From: an uncultured Chloroflexia bacterium
GTDB taxonomy: Bacteria > Chloroflexota > Limnocylindria > Limnocylindrales > CSP1-4
Assembly: GCA_963746845.1 (NCBI GenBank)
Contig: CAVVCZ010000006.1
Span: 64,001 to 128,000, forward strand
Direction of reading: 5' to 3'
DNA: 64,000 bases
In this document: positions 38,290 to 48,156 of the stretch, in pieces
How the letters are laid out: every line of letters begins with the position of its first letter
Numbering within the stretch: the stretch's first letter is position 1
The notes under the pieces: generated by a model
What the model saw: the letters and a program-made list of their open reading frames with translations, nothing else
Told to the model about the DNA's origin: nothing
Databases searched by the model: none
Made by a program: the position numbers and the translations under genes

Positions 38290-38618
38290 GATGCCTCCGG
38301 GAGTGATCGAGGATCGAACTGCCGGGATCGTGGCGACCGGCACGCCGCGCGACGACCGCCTCTCGTCGCCGCCGATGATGGACATCCGTCGCATCGCCCG
38401 CGACCGGCGGGCACCTCGGCCCTTCTCGTTCGTGTGCCTGAGCCTCACGTCGACGCGCGGCCTTGGCATGCGTGTGCCATGCACATGCGCCGTGACGTCA
38501 CGCGGCCCCGCCAAGCACGAGCTCCGAGGCGATGTGCCTGCGGCAACGTTCTCGGGTGTGTCACGCCCACGCGCGCGAACCCGAGACCGGATCGGAGCGC
38601 GCAGGGCGGCGGCGGCGC

Positions 38619-39020
38619 TCACGACGTCGGGTCGATCACCACCTCGATCAGGGGGCTCTCGGCGACCATCCGGTCCACGTCGGTCCGGCCCCACGCTCGG
38701 GCGACCCGTTCGAGGATCGGCCGGCGCTCTGCCTCGTCCCTCACGATCCGGGCGGTTGCGGGCAGGTCGGCGACCGCAATCGGGCCCTTCAGATGGACCG
38801 TGAGGCGCGGGTCTGCCTCGAGGTTCGCGATCCACGATCGCTTGCGCGGCGACGGCCTGCCGGAGATCCACATCCGGCCGTCGATCCGGTGGAACACGAT
38901 CTCGATCCGGCGAGGCTCCCCGGAGCGACGACCGGTCGTCGTGATGTCGATCGTGCCGCCCAGCGACAGCGCGGCGCGGTTCTGGTCGTCGGCGGCCGGT
39001 CCCACGGTGGCCTCAGCCAC
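38619..39020 (-). CDS. Deazaflavin-dependent nitroreductase/split-barrel family protein
   Basis: ITTTGRRSGEPRR, WIANLEADP, ATAR. Confidence 0.82.
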   Translation of the reverse strand: MAEATVGPAADDQNRAALSLGGTIDITTTGRRSGEPRRIEIVFHRIDGRMWISGRPSPRKRSWIANLEADPRLTVHLKGPIAVADLPATARIVRDEAERRPILERVARAWGRTDVDRMVAESPLIEVVIDPTS

Positions 39021-39579
39021 CTGCGGCGGCCCGCTGCTCGGCCTTCCGGGCGCCCTTCCACGTCTGGTATTCACGGAGGGACTCCGGCGAGTCCACGTCC
39101 CCGAGCGTCATGTGGTCCGGGACGTAGGCCTCCCATCCGGCCGGAGCGACGCCGAGCCGCTTGCCGAGGATCGCGACGAGCGTCCCGGCCTTCATCGGGC
39201 CGAAGCCCGGGATGTCGAGCAGGCGGGCGTGGAGGTCGGCGCCGTCCTTCGCCTCGCGCCAGATCCGTGATGCGTCGCCGTCGTAGCGCTCGACGAGGTA
39301 GGCGCACATCTCCTGGGTCCGCTTCGCCATGTTGCCGGGGAAGCGATGGAGGGCCGGCGGCGTCCGGAACACGGTGTCGAGCTCGGCGGGGTCCATCGCC
39401 GCGATCGCCCGGGCGTCGAGGCCGCCGATCCGCTTGCTGAGCTCGAGCGGCCCGGAGAACGCCTTCTGGAGGGTCACCTGCTGATCGAGCGCGAAACCGA
39501 TCAGGAGCGCGAGCGGGTCGTCGACCAGGAGCTGGTCGGCATCGGGATTGCCGGTGAAGGGCAGGTGGGCAGTCGTCAT
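39013..39579 (-). CDS. HhH-GPD-type DNA repair protein
   Basis: DPLALLIGFALDQQ, ALHRFPGNMA, IPGFGPMKA, GDVDS. Confidence 0.88.
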   Translation of the reverse strand: MTTAHLPFTGNPDADQLLVDDPLALLIGFALDQQVTLQKAFSGPLELSKRIGGLDARAIAAMDPAELDTVFRTPPALHRFPGNMAKRTQEMCAYLVERYDGDASRIWREAKDGADLHARLLDIPGFGPMKAGTLVAILGKRLGVAPAGWEAYVPDHMTLGDVDSPESLREYQTWKGARKAEQRAAAGG

Positions 39580-39631
39580 CGCCAGATGGTAGGTCGTCCG
39601 GCCGAAGGGCGACCGGCGCGGCCGATCCCGG

Positions 39632-39841
39632 TCAGGCGCGGCGCGTCCCGAAGGTCTGCCCCTCGGCTCCGGCGAGGCTCCGGCCGGCCGAGATCAGGGC
39701 GTGGCCGGTCCACCGGCGTGCCCGCTCGACGATGCCGGGGTGGGCCGAATCGGCCGCGAGCAGTCGTTCGGTCCGGAGCCCCTCGATCTCGCGATCGAGG
39801 TCGGCGCGATGGATTCGGCTGGCTTCATGGTCGTAGGTCAT
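39632..39841 (-). CDS. Small hypothetical protein, last gene of the DUF2089 operon
   Basis: AAGGAG RBS; HRADLDRE...RRWTGHALISAGRSLAG. Confidence 0.68.
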   Translation of the reverse strand: MTYDHEASRIHRADLDREIEGLRTERLLAADSAHPGIVERARRWTGHALISAGRSLAGAEGQTFGTRRA

Positions 39842-39875
39842 GAGAGTGGTCTCCTTCCGTGGTGGGGTCGTCGGG

Positions 39876-40259
39876 TCACTCGAGGGCGATCCGGACGCGG
39901 TCTCCGTCGTCGTCGTCGACGACGAGCAGGGTTCCGATCCGGCCATCGGCCAGGGCGCGCCGGACGAGGTCGGCGCTGTCGTCCGAGAGTCCGGGGATCC
40001 GGTTGAGGGCGAGACGGCTGAGCGGCACGGGGATCCGGAGGTTGACGACCTTCCGGCCGGCCTCCGTCACCTCGATCCGGAGCGACGAGGCGCTGCCGGA
40101 GGCGGTCGGGCGTTCGGCGTCGTCCGCGGGCGGGATCGAGCTCTCGCCGGCGTCGTCGAGGCCCTCGGCCCCGAGCGCATCGAGGATCGGGCCGGCCTCC
40201 GCGGCCGTCAGGCGACCTTCGGACACGAGCCGGAGAACCTGCTCGAGCGCGTCAGACAT
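39876..40259 (-). CDS. SHOCT-like domain protein
   Basis: VLRLVSEGRLTAAEA..ILDAL; LRIEVT...VNLRIP. Confidence 0.8.
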   Translation of the reverse strand: MSDALEQVLRLVSEGRLTAAEAGPILDALGAEGLDDAGESSIPPADDAERPTASGSASSLRIEVTEAGRKVVNLRIPVPLSRLALNRIPGLSDDSADLVRRALADGRIGTLLVVDDDDGDRVRIALE

Positions 40260-41361
40260 GACCGCCGTCCTCGACCTCGGCCTCGCGCGCGTCGAGCTCG
40301 GCCAGGCGGTCCAGCGCGGTCCGGACGTCCAGCTCGCCGCTCTCGAGGGCCCGGAGGATCGCGAGGCGCCCGTCGTCCGCGACCGACGGGCCCGGCTCCC
40401 CGCTCGCCGCCTGGCCGTCGGAGATCGCGTCGACGCGGGAGAGTGCCGACCGATCCTCCGACAAGCCCGGCAGCGGCGGGAGTGGCGGAAGCTGGGGGAT
40501 AGACGGGGCCGGCGGCAGTTCTGGTGCGCCCGGCGCTGGTGGAGCGGACGGAGCCGACGGTTCGACGGGTCGGGAGCGAACCCCGGAGCCGTCGTGGATC
40601 CGCAGGTCACCGGACACGGAGCGGAAGGCCAGCTCCACGTCGCCGTCGCCGATCACGGCCATCCGCTGGCCGGGCCGGCCCTCGCTCCGGTGCGGCAGGG
40701 TGCTCGACAGGTCGCCGGACACCGTTCGGGCATGGACACGGAGACCGCCGCTCGCGACCAGGGAGACGTCGCCGCTCAGGGTCTCGATCGTGTTGCCGGT
40801 CTTCGCCGTGAGGGGCGTGTCGAGGCGGACATCGCCGCTCGTCGTCTGGACGCGAACGACGTCGAGCGTCCCGCCGGCGACCCGGACGTCCCCGGACACC
40901 GTCCGGATCGCCAGCTCGACGGTTCCGGACAGCTCCATCTCGACGTCGCCCGAGACGGCGTTCACATCGATCCGGCCGGCCGCTTCGACGAGGCGCAGCT
41001 CGCCCGACGCCGTCCGGTAGTGCTGTGGGCCGTGGAGCCCGCGGCCACTGACCGAGCCGCTGGCCGTGTCGACGGTGACGTCGGTCTCGGGCGGGACCCC
41101 GACCTCGAGCTCGACCGACTGCCGGCCGTGTCCGAAGGTCAGGCCCAGGGCGTCCTTCTCACGGATCGTCAGACCGCCGTCGACGGCCTCGATCACGACC
41201 CGATCCGGGAGCGGGCGACCGCCCGGCGACCGCACGGTCGCGCGTTCGCCGTCCTCTCCGTTGATCCGGATGTCGGCCGAGGCAAGACGGATCGCGAGGC
41301 GACCATGGCGGCCGATCGGATGGTCGAGCAGGAGCGTGGCCTCGTCGTGGACGGCGGTCAT
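40252..41361 (-). CDS. DUF4097 beta-repeat protein with C-terminal SHOCT-like helix
   Basis: Repeated TVSGD/TASG/TTSGD motifs; RLAILRALESGELDV. Confidence 0.85.
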   Translation of the reverse strand: MTAVHDEATLLLDHPIGRHGRLAIRLASADIRINGEDGERATVRSPGGRPLPDRVVIEAVDGGLTIREKDALGLTFGHGRQSVELEVGVPPETDVTVDTASGSVSGRGLHGPQHYRTASGELRLVEAAGRIDVNAVSGDVEMELSGTVELAIRTVSGDVRVAGGTLDVVRVQTTSGDVRLDTPLTAKTGNTIETLSGDVSLVASGGLRVHARTVSGDLSSTLPHRSEGRPGQRMAVIGDGDVELAFRSVSGDLRIHDGSGVRSRPVEPSAPSAPPAPGAPELPPAPSIPQLPPLPPLPGLSEDRSALSRVDAISDGQAASGEPGPSVADDGRLAILRALESGELDVRTALDRLAELDAREAEVEDGGHV

Positions 41362-41774
41362 GAGCGGGTCCTCCCGAGCGCCCTGATCGCCACGGCGGCG
41401 TCGTCGGCGCTGATCTCGCGTCGGGCCAGCCGCTCGAGGATCTCCTCGCGGCTGGTGGGTTCGGTGGGGGTCTCGCCGTCGGTCGCCGGGGCGTCGTCGT
41501 CGGGTCGCGGGCCGAAGCCCAGGGCCCGCACCAGCGCCTCGACCCGGGCGCGGACGGTCGGATAGGAGATGCCGAGCTCGCGCTCGACGTCGCGGAGGTT
41601 GCCGCGGGACCGGAGGAAGCTCTCGAGGAGGGCCATCTGGTCGCGGCTCAGCCGGGCGAACCGGCCGACCGAGAACTCGCCCTCGAGCGTCGTTCCGCAC
41701 GAGGTGCAGCGCAGCCGGGTGACGGCGAGCTCGCCGGAGCAGACGGGACAGGTGGAGATGACGTCGTGCGGCAT
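41358..41774 (-). CDS. DUF2089 family Zn-ribbon/HTH protein
   Basis: CPVC...CTSC, GNLRDVERELGISYPTVRAR. Confidence 0.9.
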   Translation of the reverse strand: MPHDVISTCPVCSGELAVTRLRCTSCGTTLEGEFSVGRFARLSRDQMALLESFLRSRGNLRDVERELGISYPTVRARVEALVRALGFGPRPDDDAPATDGETPTEPTSREEILERLARREISADDAAVAIRALGRTRS

Positions 41775-41934
41775 GGGTTCCTCGATGGAGGTGGCGTTGA
41801 CCGCATCGTCGTACGCTGACATCACATTGTCAAGGGCCGGTTGCACTTTTCGTAATCAACGAGGCTCGAATGAGCGGCACAACACCACGACGGCCGCACC
41901 CGAGCCCGGGCCGAGCACGATCAGCCGAAGGGTC

Positions 41935-41997
41935 TTGACAGGCATGATTTGATATGCGCACAACGTTCATCCATTGGTGAATGATTGTCAATCACCG
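41935..41997 (+). promoter_or_regulatory. Promoter (-35 TTGACA) and palindromic operator upstream of the ArsR-like gene
   Basis: TTGACA 41935-41940; GGTGAATGA-TTG-TCAATCACC 41976-41996 in an AT-rich patch. Confidence 0.6.
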
Positions 41998-42000
41998 AAC

Positions 42001-42636
42001 ATGGCGGAGACGATGACAAACGACGATCCGATCCCGGAGCGGGTCATCTCCGACGTCGAGACCCTCAAGGCGCTGTCCGATCCCGTCCGCCTCCGGATCC
42101 TCGAGACGATGGTCCAGGCCCCGGACGACGCGTGGACGGTCAAGCGCCTCGCGGCGGCCCTCGAGGTCGGCCCCACCAAGCTCTACCACCACATCGCGAT
42201 CCTGGAGGAGCGCGAGCTCATCCGCGTCGCCGGAACGCGCGTCGTGTCCGGGATCATCGAGACGAGCTACCGGATCGCCCAGCTCAGCGTCCGCCTGGAC
42301 CGGTCCCTCCTCTCGGCCGGCCCGGACGGGGCCGGGGCGAACGCCATGGAGGACGTTCTGCGGACGCTCTTCGACACCGCCCGCGACGACGTCGGGCGCG
42401 CGCTCCAGCGCGGCGCGATCGGCATGAACGCCGACCCGGCGAGCGGCCGCGGGATCCTCCGCCAGGACCTCCGCCGGCTGACCGCCGCCCAGGCCGTCGA
42501 GTTCCGGACCCGGCTCACGGCCCTCCTCGACGAGTTCGACACGGATCCCCTCGGCCCTGCCGAGGGTGAGCCGTTCGGGCTGCTGATCGCCTTCTACCCC
42601 GTCGCCGACACGAGCAAGGAACCGACCGATGACTGA
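42001..42636 (+). CDS. ArsR-like winged-helix regulator
   Basis: LKALSDPVRLRIL, TVKRLAAAL....KLYHHI..LE; start 42001 or 42013. Confidence 0.87.
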   Translation: MAETMTNDDPIPERVISDVETLKALSDPVRLRILETMVQAPDDAWTVKRLAAALEVGPTKLYHHIAILEERELIRVAGTRVVSGIIETSYRIAQLSVRLDRSLLSAGPDGAGANAMEDVLRTLFDTARDDVGRALQRGAIGMNADPASGRGILRQDLRRLTAAQAVEFRTRLTALLDEFDTDPLGPAEGEPFGLLIAFYPVADTSKEPTDD

Positions 42637-43909
42637 CCTGCCCGCGACCGCGCCCGCCCCGCTCGGGGTGCGCGACATCCTCCGGATCCGCAACTACCGC
42701 CTGCTCTGGACGGGCCAGCTGATCTCGGAGGCCGGTGACGGCCTGACGAACCTCGCCCTGCTGCTCCTCGTCAACGCTCTCACCGGCTCGACAGCCGCCC
42801 TCGCCGGCATGGCGATCGTCCTCGCGATCCCGCCCCTGACGATCGGCCTCGTCGCCGGGACGTACGTCGACCGGTTCGACCGCCGCCGGATCATGCTGGC
42901 CTCGGACGCCATCCGCGCGATCGTCGTCCTCGGCTTCATCTTCGTTGGCAGCGCGGACACCCTGTGGCTCCTCTACATCCTCGCCTTCGTCCAGTCGGCC
43001 GTCGGCACGTTCTTCACCCCGGCCCGCGGCGCCATCCTGCCGCGCGTCGTCCCGGGCAACGGCCTCCTCGCCGCCAACTCGCTGTCCCAGGCGACCCGTG
43101 TCGTCTCCGGGATCGTCGGCTCGGCGCTCGCGGGGCTGATCGTCGGCGTGCTGGGCACGTTCTGGCCGGCGTTCGTCCTCGACTCCGCGTCGTTCCTCCT
43201 GTCGTTCATCCTGATCAGCCGGCTGCCCTCGGAGATCGGGCACGTCCGCGCCGCCGCGAAGCGCGCCGCAACGGGGGTCGGTGCCGCGCTCGGTCAGGGC
43301 ATCCGGACGATCGCCGGGTCGCGCGTCCTCCTGACGACGATCCTCGCCCTGGCCATCTCGATGCTGGGCCTCGGCGCGGTCAACGTCCTGTTCGTCCCGT
43401 TCGTCGTGACCGACCTGGGGGTCGGTCCGGTCTGGCTCGGACCCGTCGAGCTCGCCCAGAGCGCCTCGATGATCCTCGCATCCGGGCTGATCACGGTCCT
43501 CGCCCGCCGATTCGCCCCGAGTGCGATCGTGTCGATCGGCATGGCCGGCATCGCCACGATCATCGCGCTGGCCGGGTTCGTCACCGGGATCTGGCAGCTC
43601 CTCGCCCTGATGTTCGCGATCGGCTGGTTCCTGACGCCGCTGCAGGCGTCGGTCATCACGATCCTCCAGACGTCCACGGCGGACGAGGAGCGCGGCCGGG
43701 TGATGTCCGTCCTCCAGGCGGCGATGTCCGCGTCGAGCATCCTGTCGATGGGCTTCGCGGGGATCGCCGGTGACGCCTTCGGGGTCCGCGAGGTGTTCTT
43801 CGCCGCGGGCGCGATCACGGCCGCCGGCTGCCTCGTGTCGATCGTCGGCTACCGGCGCCGCTCGATCGCGGCGACCGCTCCGGCGGCCTCGGTCCCGACC
43901 GTGAGCTGA
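42629..43909 (+). CDS. MFS transporter (MFS_3/EntS-like efflux)
   Basis: LWTGQLIS..GD, AGTYVDRFDRRRIM, ERGRVMS. Confidence 0.92.
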   Translation: MTDLPATAPAPLGVRDILRIRNYRLLWTGQLISEAGDGLTNLALLLLVNALTGSTAALAGMAIVLAIPPLTIGLVAGTYVDRFDRRRIMLASDAIRAIVVLGFIFVGSADTLWLLYILAFVQSAVGTFFTPARGAILPRVVPGNGLLAANSLSQATRVVSGIVGSALAGLIVGVLGTFWPAFVLDSASFLLSFILISRLPSEIGHVRAAAKRAATGVGAALGQGIRTIAGSRVLLTTILALAISMLGLGAVNVLFVPFVVTDLGVGPVWLGPVELAQSASMILASGLITVLARRFAPSAIVSIGMAGIATIIALAGFVTGIWQLLALMFAIGWFLTPLQASVITILQTSTADEERGRVMSVLQAAMSASSILSMGFAGIAGDAFGVREVFFAAGAITAAGCLVSIVGYRRRSIAATAPAASVPTVS

Positions 43910-44098
43910 CCGGGCGATCGGGCGGGACGCCGGGGTCGCGAACCCGCGAGGGTCGTCATCCGTCCACGTCGGCCTCGGCGGATCGTTCGGCCGGATTGAC
44001 GACGGCCGACCGCTGGCCGGTGCACGTGCGAGGCCTACCGTTCGGATCACGAGCGGTCGCCAGATCGCCATCACAGGCCCGAAAGGAGACTCGATCCG

Positions 44099-44218
44099 AT
44101 GTTCGCGCAGTCGCATGTCGTCGAGAACGACCTGCTCGGCGCCTTCCCGGCGCTCCTGCTCCTGCTCGTTCTCGTCCTCACCGCACTCGGCGTCGTCGCT
44201 CACGCGTCATTCGCCTAG
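44099..44218 (+). CDS. 39-aa single-TM small protein (absent from the ORF track)
   Basis: GAAAGGAG RBS; MFAQSHVVENDLLGAFPALLLLLVLVLTALGVVAHASFA; downstream hairpin 44265-44305. Confidence 0.6.
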   Translation: MFAQSHVVENDLLGAFPALLLLLVLVLTALGVVAHASFA

Positions 44219-44454
44219 CGTCCGCGGGCCGGCCCTGACGGCCGCGCCTCTCACGAGATCCCATGGCCCCGGCGGCTTCACGATGCGGTGGAGCCGGCCG
44301 GGGCCTCCGCGTGTCTACGTCCTTTGCCCCATCGGGCCGTCGAGCGAACGTCGCCCGCGACTGACGCCCGGCGACGATCCTCCGAGCGGGCGGGCAGGGC
44401 CAACATCGGGGCATGCCCGACAGCGAGCCGGGCCACCCACCAGGAGTCACCGCC

Positions 44455-44601
44455 GTGCGCACGATCAAGCTCTGCGCAGCCCAGACCCGCCGGCCGACGA
44501 CCCTGCTCGAGGCGATCGCCCGATCCGTCGCCGAGCTCGAGAAGAGCGGACGCCCGGTCCGCACGGTCCGCCTGCCGATCGCGCGGAGCGCGTTCGCCTG
44601 A
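44455..44601 (+). CDS. 48-aa small protein
   Basis: CAGGAG RBS, GTG start, followed by a terminator hairpin. Confidence 0.55.
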   Translation: MRTIKLCAAQTRRPTTLLEAIARSVAELEKSGRPVRTVRLPIARSAFA

Positions 44602-44610
44602 CCCCGAACA

Positions 44611-44656
44611 GAAACGACGAGGGCGCCCGCCGGAGCGGACGCCCTCGCTCGATTTC
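44611..44656. terminator. Hairpin terminator between convergent genes
   Basis: GAAACGACGAGGGCGCCCGC-CGGA-GCGGACGCCCTCGCTCGATTTC. Confidence 0.65.
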
Positions 44657-44671
44657 CGTGACCGTCAGGTC

Positions 44672-45514
44672 TCAGCCGCCGCGCCAGGTAGTGGCGGACA
44701 TGTTGAGGTCACCGACCACGGACCGGTAGTAGTGGTTCGAGTGAGCGATCGGGTCGAGGATCCCGGTCCGGCCCGGCGTCCGGACCGAGTGGAACGTGAA
44801 GTCCCAGCGCATGTCCCGGGCCGGATCGGTGTAGAAGATCTGCTTGATCGTCCCGGTCGACGTGAACAGCCCGGTGAGGACGAACCCGACCCCGTTGACG
44901 CCCTCGGCGAAGACGGCCCGCGCTCCCGTTCGGAGGAACCCGGCGCCGAAGTTGTCGACCCGCTTGGTCGCGGTCGACTTCGCGGGGTAGCCGGTCCCCC
45001 ACTCGGAGTTGCCCGAGGCGTAGCACAGCCGGTTCAGGATCACGACGCTGTTCGGGGCGAAGGTCAGGTAGCGGTCGACGTAGTAGGCCCCGTAGTACTT
45101 GAGCGTCGAGCTGCCGTCGGAGGCGTTGAGCCCGAGTCCGTCCTTGGTCTTCTCCTGGAACGGCCCGTACGGGCTGGGCCAGCCGTTGCCGTGCCCGAGG
45201 TAGATGAACAGGTTGGCGCCCTTCGAGACGCTCCGCACCCGCGACCACGTCGCGTGGGGGCTGTAGACCTCGTAGACCGCGGCGCCGTAGGAGCGGGCCT
45301 GCGCGGCGATCTTCCTGGCGCTCGCGATGTAGCTGGCGGTCTGCGACCCGACCGGGCCGACGACGATGACGACCTTCTTGCCGGCGGCGAGCGCGGTCCC
45401 CGGCTGCGTGGACAGTCCCCCGACCGCGAGGACGGTGGCGAGCATCGCCAGCCCGATCAGCCGGAAGGGGTGGTGGCGAGACGCCCGCTGGGCGCCGCTC
45501 TGGGCAACTGGCAA
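44672..45514 (-). CDS. Secreted hypothetical protein with caspase/gingipain-like His-Gly...Cys motif
   Basis: GGAGAGGAGG RBS before TTG 45514; signal peptide ending ALA; FIYLGHGNG and VILNRLCYASG. Confidence 0.7.
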   Translation of the reverse strand: MPVAQSGAQRASRHHPFRLIGLAMLATVLAVGGLSTQPGTALAAGKKVVIVVGPVGSQTASYIASARKIAAQARSYGAAVYEVYSPHATWSRVRSVSKGANLFIYLGHGNGWPSPYGPFQEKTKDGLGLNASDGSSTLKYYGAYYVDRYLTFAPNSVVILNRLCYASGNSEWGTGYPAKSTATKRVDNFGAGFLRTGARAVFAEGVNGVGFVLTGLFTSTGTIKQIFYTDPARDMRWDFTFHSVRTPGRTGILDPIAHSNHYYRSVVGDLNMSATTWRGG

Positions 45515-46054
45515 CGCTCGTGCCTCCTCTCCGCCGGAACGCCGGGCATGGGGCTCGGCGACGGTGGTGTGGGCCGCCGACGGCAGGAGGTGCGCGCGGT
45601 CGAACGCGAGCGCGGTCGCGTGGACGCGTGTGCTGGAGGCGGCCGGGTGAGCACCGACCGGAGGCGGGGCAGACAAGGCGGGCTCGACGGGTGAGCATGC
45701 TCGTCAGCCGGTGACGACAGGATCCTGCCGTGGGAGGCGGCGGTCTTCGGTTGTGCCTGTCTGTCGGGGGTGGATGCAGCCTGGGGGCCTGTCGGCAGTA
45801 TGCCAGCCGGGTCAAATCAGCGCGTCCCCCGAAGGCACCATGCCCGACCCGCCGAAGGGACGGGTTCCCACGCTCAGCCGGTGACCCGGTGCGCCGGAGG
45901 CCGGTGCCTGGACGCTCCACGGCGGCCGATCGGCTATGCTCCGCGCGATCCACGCTCGCACCGCGTCGTTTGCACGACGTCAAGGGAGGCGAGCGGGAGA
46001 CGACCCAGATCCGCCGACCGCGCAACCCCCCGTGCGCGGCGGCCCAGGAGCCAG

Positions 46055-47323
46055 ATGACCTTCGATACGCTCGGCCTGTCGGCCGATCTCATCCGGACCG
46101 TGGCCGAAGAGGGCTACCTCGAGCCCACCCCGGTCCAGGCCAAGGCGATCCCCCTCGTCCTCGAGGGACGCGACGTCCTCGCAGCCGCCCAGACCGGCAC
46201 CGGCAAGACGGCGGCCTTCACGCTGCCGATCCTCGACCGCCTCCGGCCCCACGCCAACACATCGTTCTCGCCGGCCCGCCATCCGGTCCGCGCGCTGATC
46301 CTCGTGCCGACGCGCGAGTTGGCGATGCAGGTCGACGAGAGCGTCCGGACGTACGGCCGGACGGTGCCGCTCCGCTCGACGGTCGTCTATGGCGGGATGC
46401 CGATGGATCCCCAGATCAAGGCCCTCCGCGACGGCGTCGAGATCCTCGTCGCGACGCCCGGCCGGCTGCTCGATCTCGTCGGCCAGCGGGTCGCGAACCT
46501 CGGCCAGGTCGAGGTCCTCGTCCTCGACGAGGCGGACCGGATGCTCGACATGGGCTTCCTGCCGGACATCCAGCGGATCATCGCCCTCCTCCCCGCCCGT
46601 CGCCAGAACCTGATGTTCTCGGCGACCTTCTCGGACGAGATCCGGCGGCTGTCGCGGACGATCCTCAACAACCCCGACGAGGTCGAGGTGGCTCCCCGCA
46701 ACACGACGGTCGAGGCGATCCGCCAGATCGTCTATCCGGTCGATCGCGACCGGAAGGAGGAGCTGCTCGCGCACCTGATCCGGAAGCACGATCTCCGGCA
46801 GGTCCTCGTCTTCACCCGGACGAAGATCGGGGCGACCCGGCTCGCGACCTGGCTCGACCGCCAGGGGCTGAACGCGGTGGCGATCCACAGCGATCGCTCG
46901 CAGCCGGAGCGGACCCGGGCGCTGGAGGAGTTCAAGACCGGCGAGATCCGGGTCCTCGTCGCGACCGACGTCGCCGCGCGCGGTCTCGACATCGAGGACC
47001 TGCCGCACGTCGTGAACTTCGAGCTGCCGTGGAACCCGCAGGACTACATCCACCGGATCGGGCGGACGGGCCGGGCGGGCGCGACGGGCGAGGCGATCAG
47101 CCTCGTCTGCATCGACGAGGCAGACCTGCTCCGGGGCGTCCAGCGCCTCCTCCGCCAGGCGATCCCCTGGACCGTCGAGGACGGCTTCGTCCCGGACCGG
47201 AACGTCGAGCCGCGACCGCTCCGCGGCGGGATGGACGGCGGGCCTCGCGGCGCTCCGCGCGGCGCCAGCCGGCCCGCGCATCACCCGCACCGGAAGCCGG
47301 TCCAGTACCGGGCGGGCGCCTAG
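46055..47323 (+). CDS. DEAD-box RNA helicase (RhlE-like)
   Basis: [45 protein letters not shown]. Confidence 0.95.
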   Translation: MTFDTLGLSADLIRTVAEEGYLEPTPVQAKAIPLVLEGRDVLAAAQTGTGKTAAFTLPILDRLRPHANTSFSPARHPVRALILVPTRELAMQVDESVRTYGRTVPLRSTVVYGGMPMDPQIKALRDGVEILVATPGRLLDLVGQRVANLGQVEVLVLDEADRMLDMGFLPDIQRIIALLPARRQNLMFSATFSDEIRRLSRTILNNPDEVEVAPRNTTVEAIRQIVYPVDRDRKEELLAHLIRKHDLRQVLVFTRTKIGATRLATWLDRQGLNAVAIHSDRSQPERTRALEEFKTGEIRVLVATDVAARGLDIEDLPHVVNFELPWNPQDYIHRIGRTGRAGATGEAISLVCIDEADLLRGVQRLLRQAIPWTVEDGFVPDRNVEPRPLRGGMDGGPRGAPRGASRPAHHPHRKPVQYRAGA

Positions 47324-47369
47324 CCCCGTCTGCGCGTCGGCGTCGGCGCCGGGTCCGGCGCCAGGCTGA

Positions 47370-47996
47370 TCAGACCGGCGGACCGGTGGCCGGGAGGACC
47401 GGACGCTCCTCCGGTTCCTCGTCCGCCTCGGCTGCCGCCGGATCGACGGGCGGGGCCTCGGGCCTCGCGGGGATGAACATCAGGAGCGGCTCCTCGACCT
47501 TGGCCGAGATCATCTCGGCACCGGGGAAGAAGAACCCGAGCATCAGGTCCGCCTCGACCCGATCGACGACGTAGCGGTTGACGAGGGCCATCGGCCGCGG
47601 CAGGCCGGTCCCCTCCTCCGCGATCAGGCTGATCGTCACGTCGCGCAGCTGGACGAACTCACCGGTCGGACGGGCAAGGGCCCGGCCGGGGTCGAAGCCG
47701 GGCATCGTCGCCAGCTGGCCGAGGACGCGATACGGACCGACGTCCAGCACGATGTCGTGCCACTGGGCGTGGACGGGCAGATCCTCGGCTTCCTCGGCGG
47801 TCGCGACATGGATGTCGTCGGGCGGGAGGATCAGCTCCGCGCTCTGGCCGGCCGGCGACTCGTCGATCGGGTGCCAGGTCGCGTCCTCGATGCGCACGCT
47901 TCCGCCCGCCTCGAGCGCGTCGCGCAAGTGCGTGGCGCGCGCGACGACGCCAACGGCGATCCCCCCGGCGGTATAGATCTCGACCCGGATCGGCAT
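47370..47996 (-). CDS. Hypothetical protein with two similar small beta domains
   Basis: RVEIYT.GG..VG... and IVLDVGPYRVLG...ALVNRYVV; start MPIRVEI. Confidence 0.68.
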   Translation of the reverse strand: MPIRVEIYTAGGIAVGVVARATHLRDALEAGGSVRIEDATWHPIDESPAGQSAELILPPDDIHVATAEEAEDLPVHAQWHDIVLDVGPYRVLGQLATMPGFDPGRALARPTGEFVQLRDVTISLIAEEGTGLPRPMALVNRYVVDRVEADLMLGFFFPGAEMISAKVEEPLLMFIPARPEAPPVDPAAAEADEEPEERPVLPATGPPV

Positions 47997-48156
47997 GCCT
48001 GCTCCCGAGCAGGACCCGAGTCTGCGCCACGGGCGCAAGGGGGTCGCATGACCCGTCGGTACCGACGGTGCGACCCCCGTTGGTCCTGTGGTCAGCCGAT
48101 CGCGGGCTGGGCCCGGCCGGCCCCGATGGCGCCCTCGGTCCGGCGGTGACGAGCCG

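Noticed and set aside
38290-38618. 330-nt intergenic region with short palindromes
   Set aside because: No convincing ORF or RNA architecture beyond chance GC-rich stems
44370-44440. c-di-GMP/c-di-AMP riboswitch-like fragments (GGGCAGGGCC...CCCGACAGC)
   Set aside because: Only scattered similarity; the core consensus elements are not present
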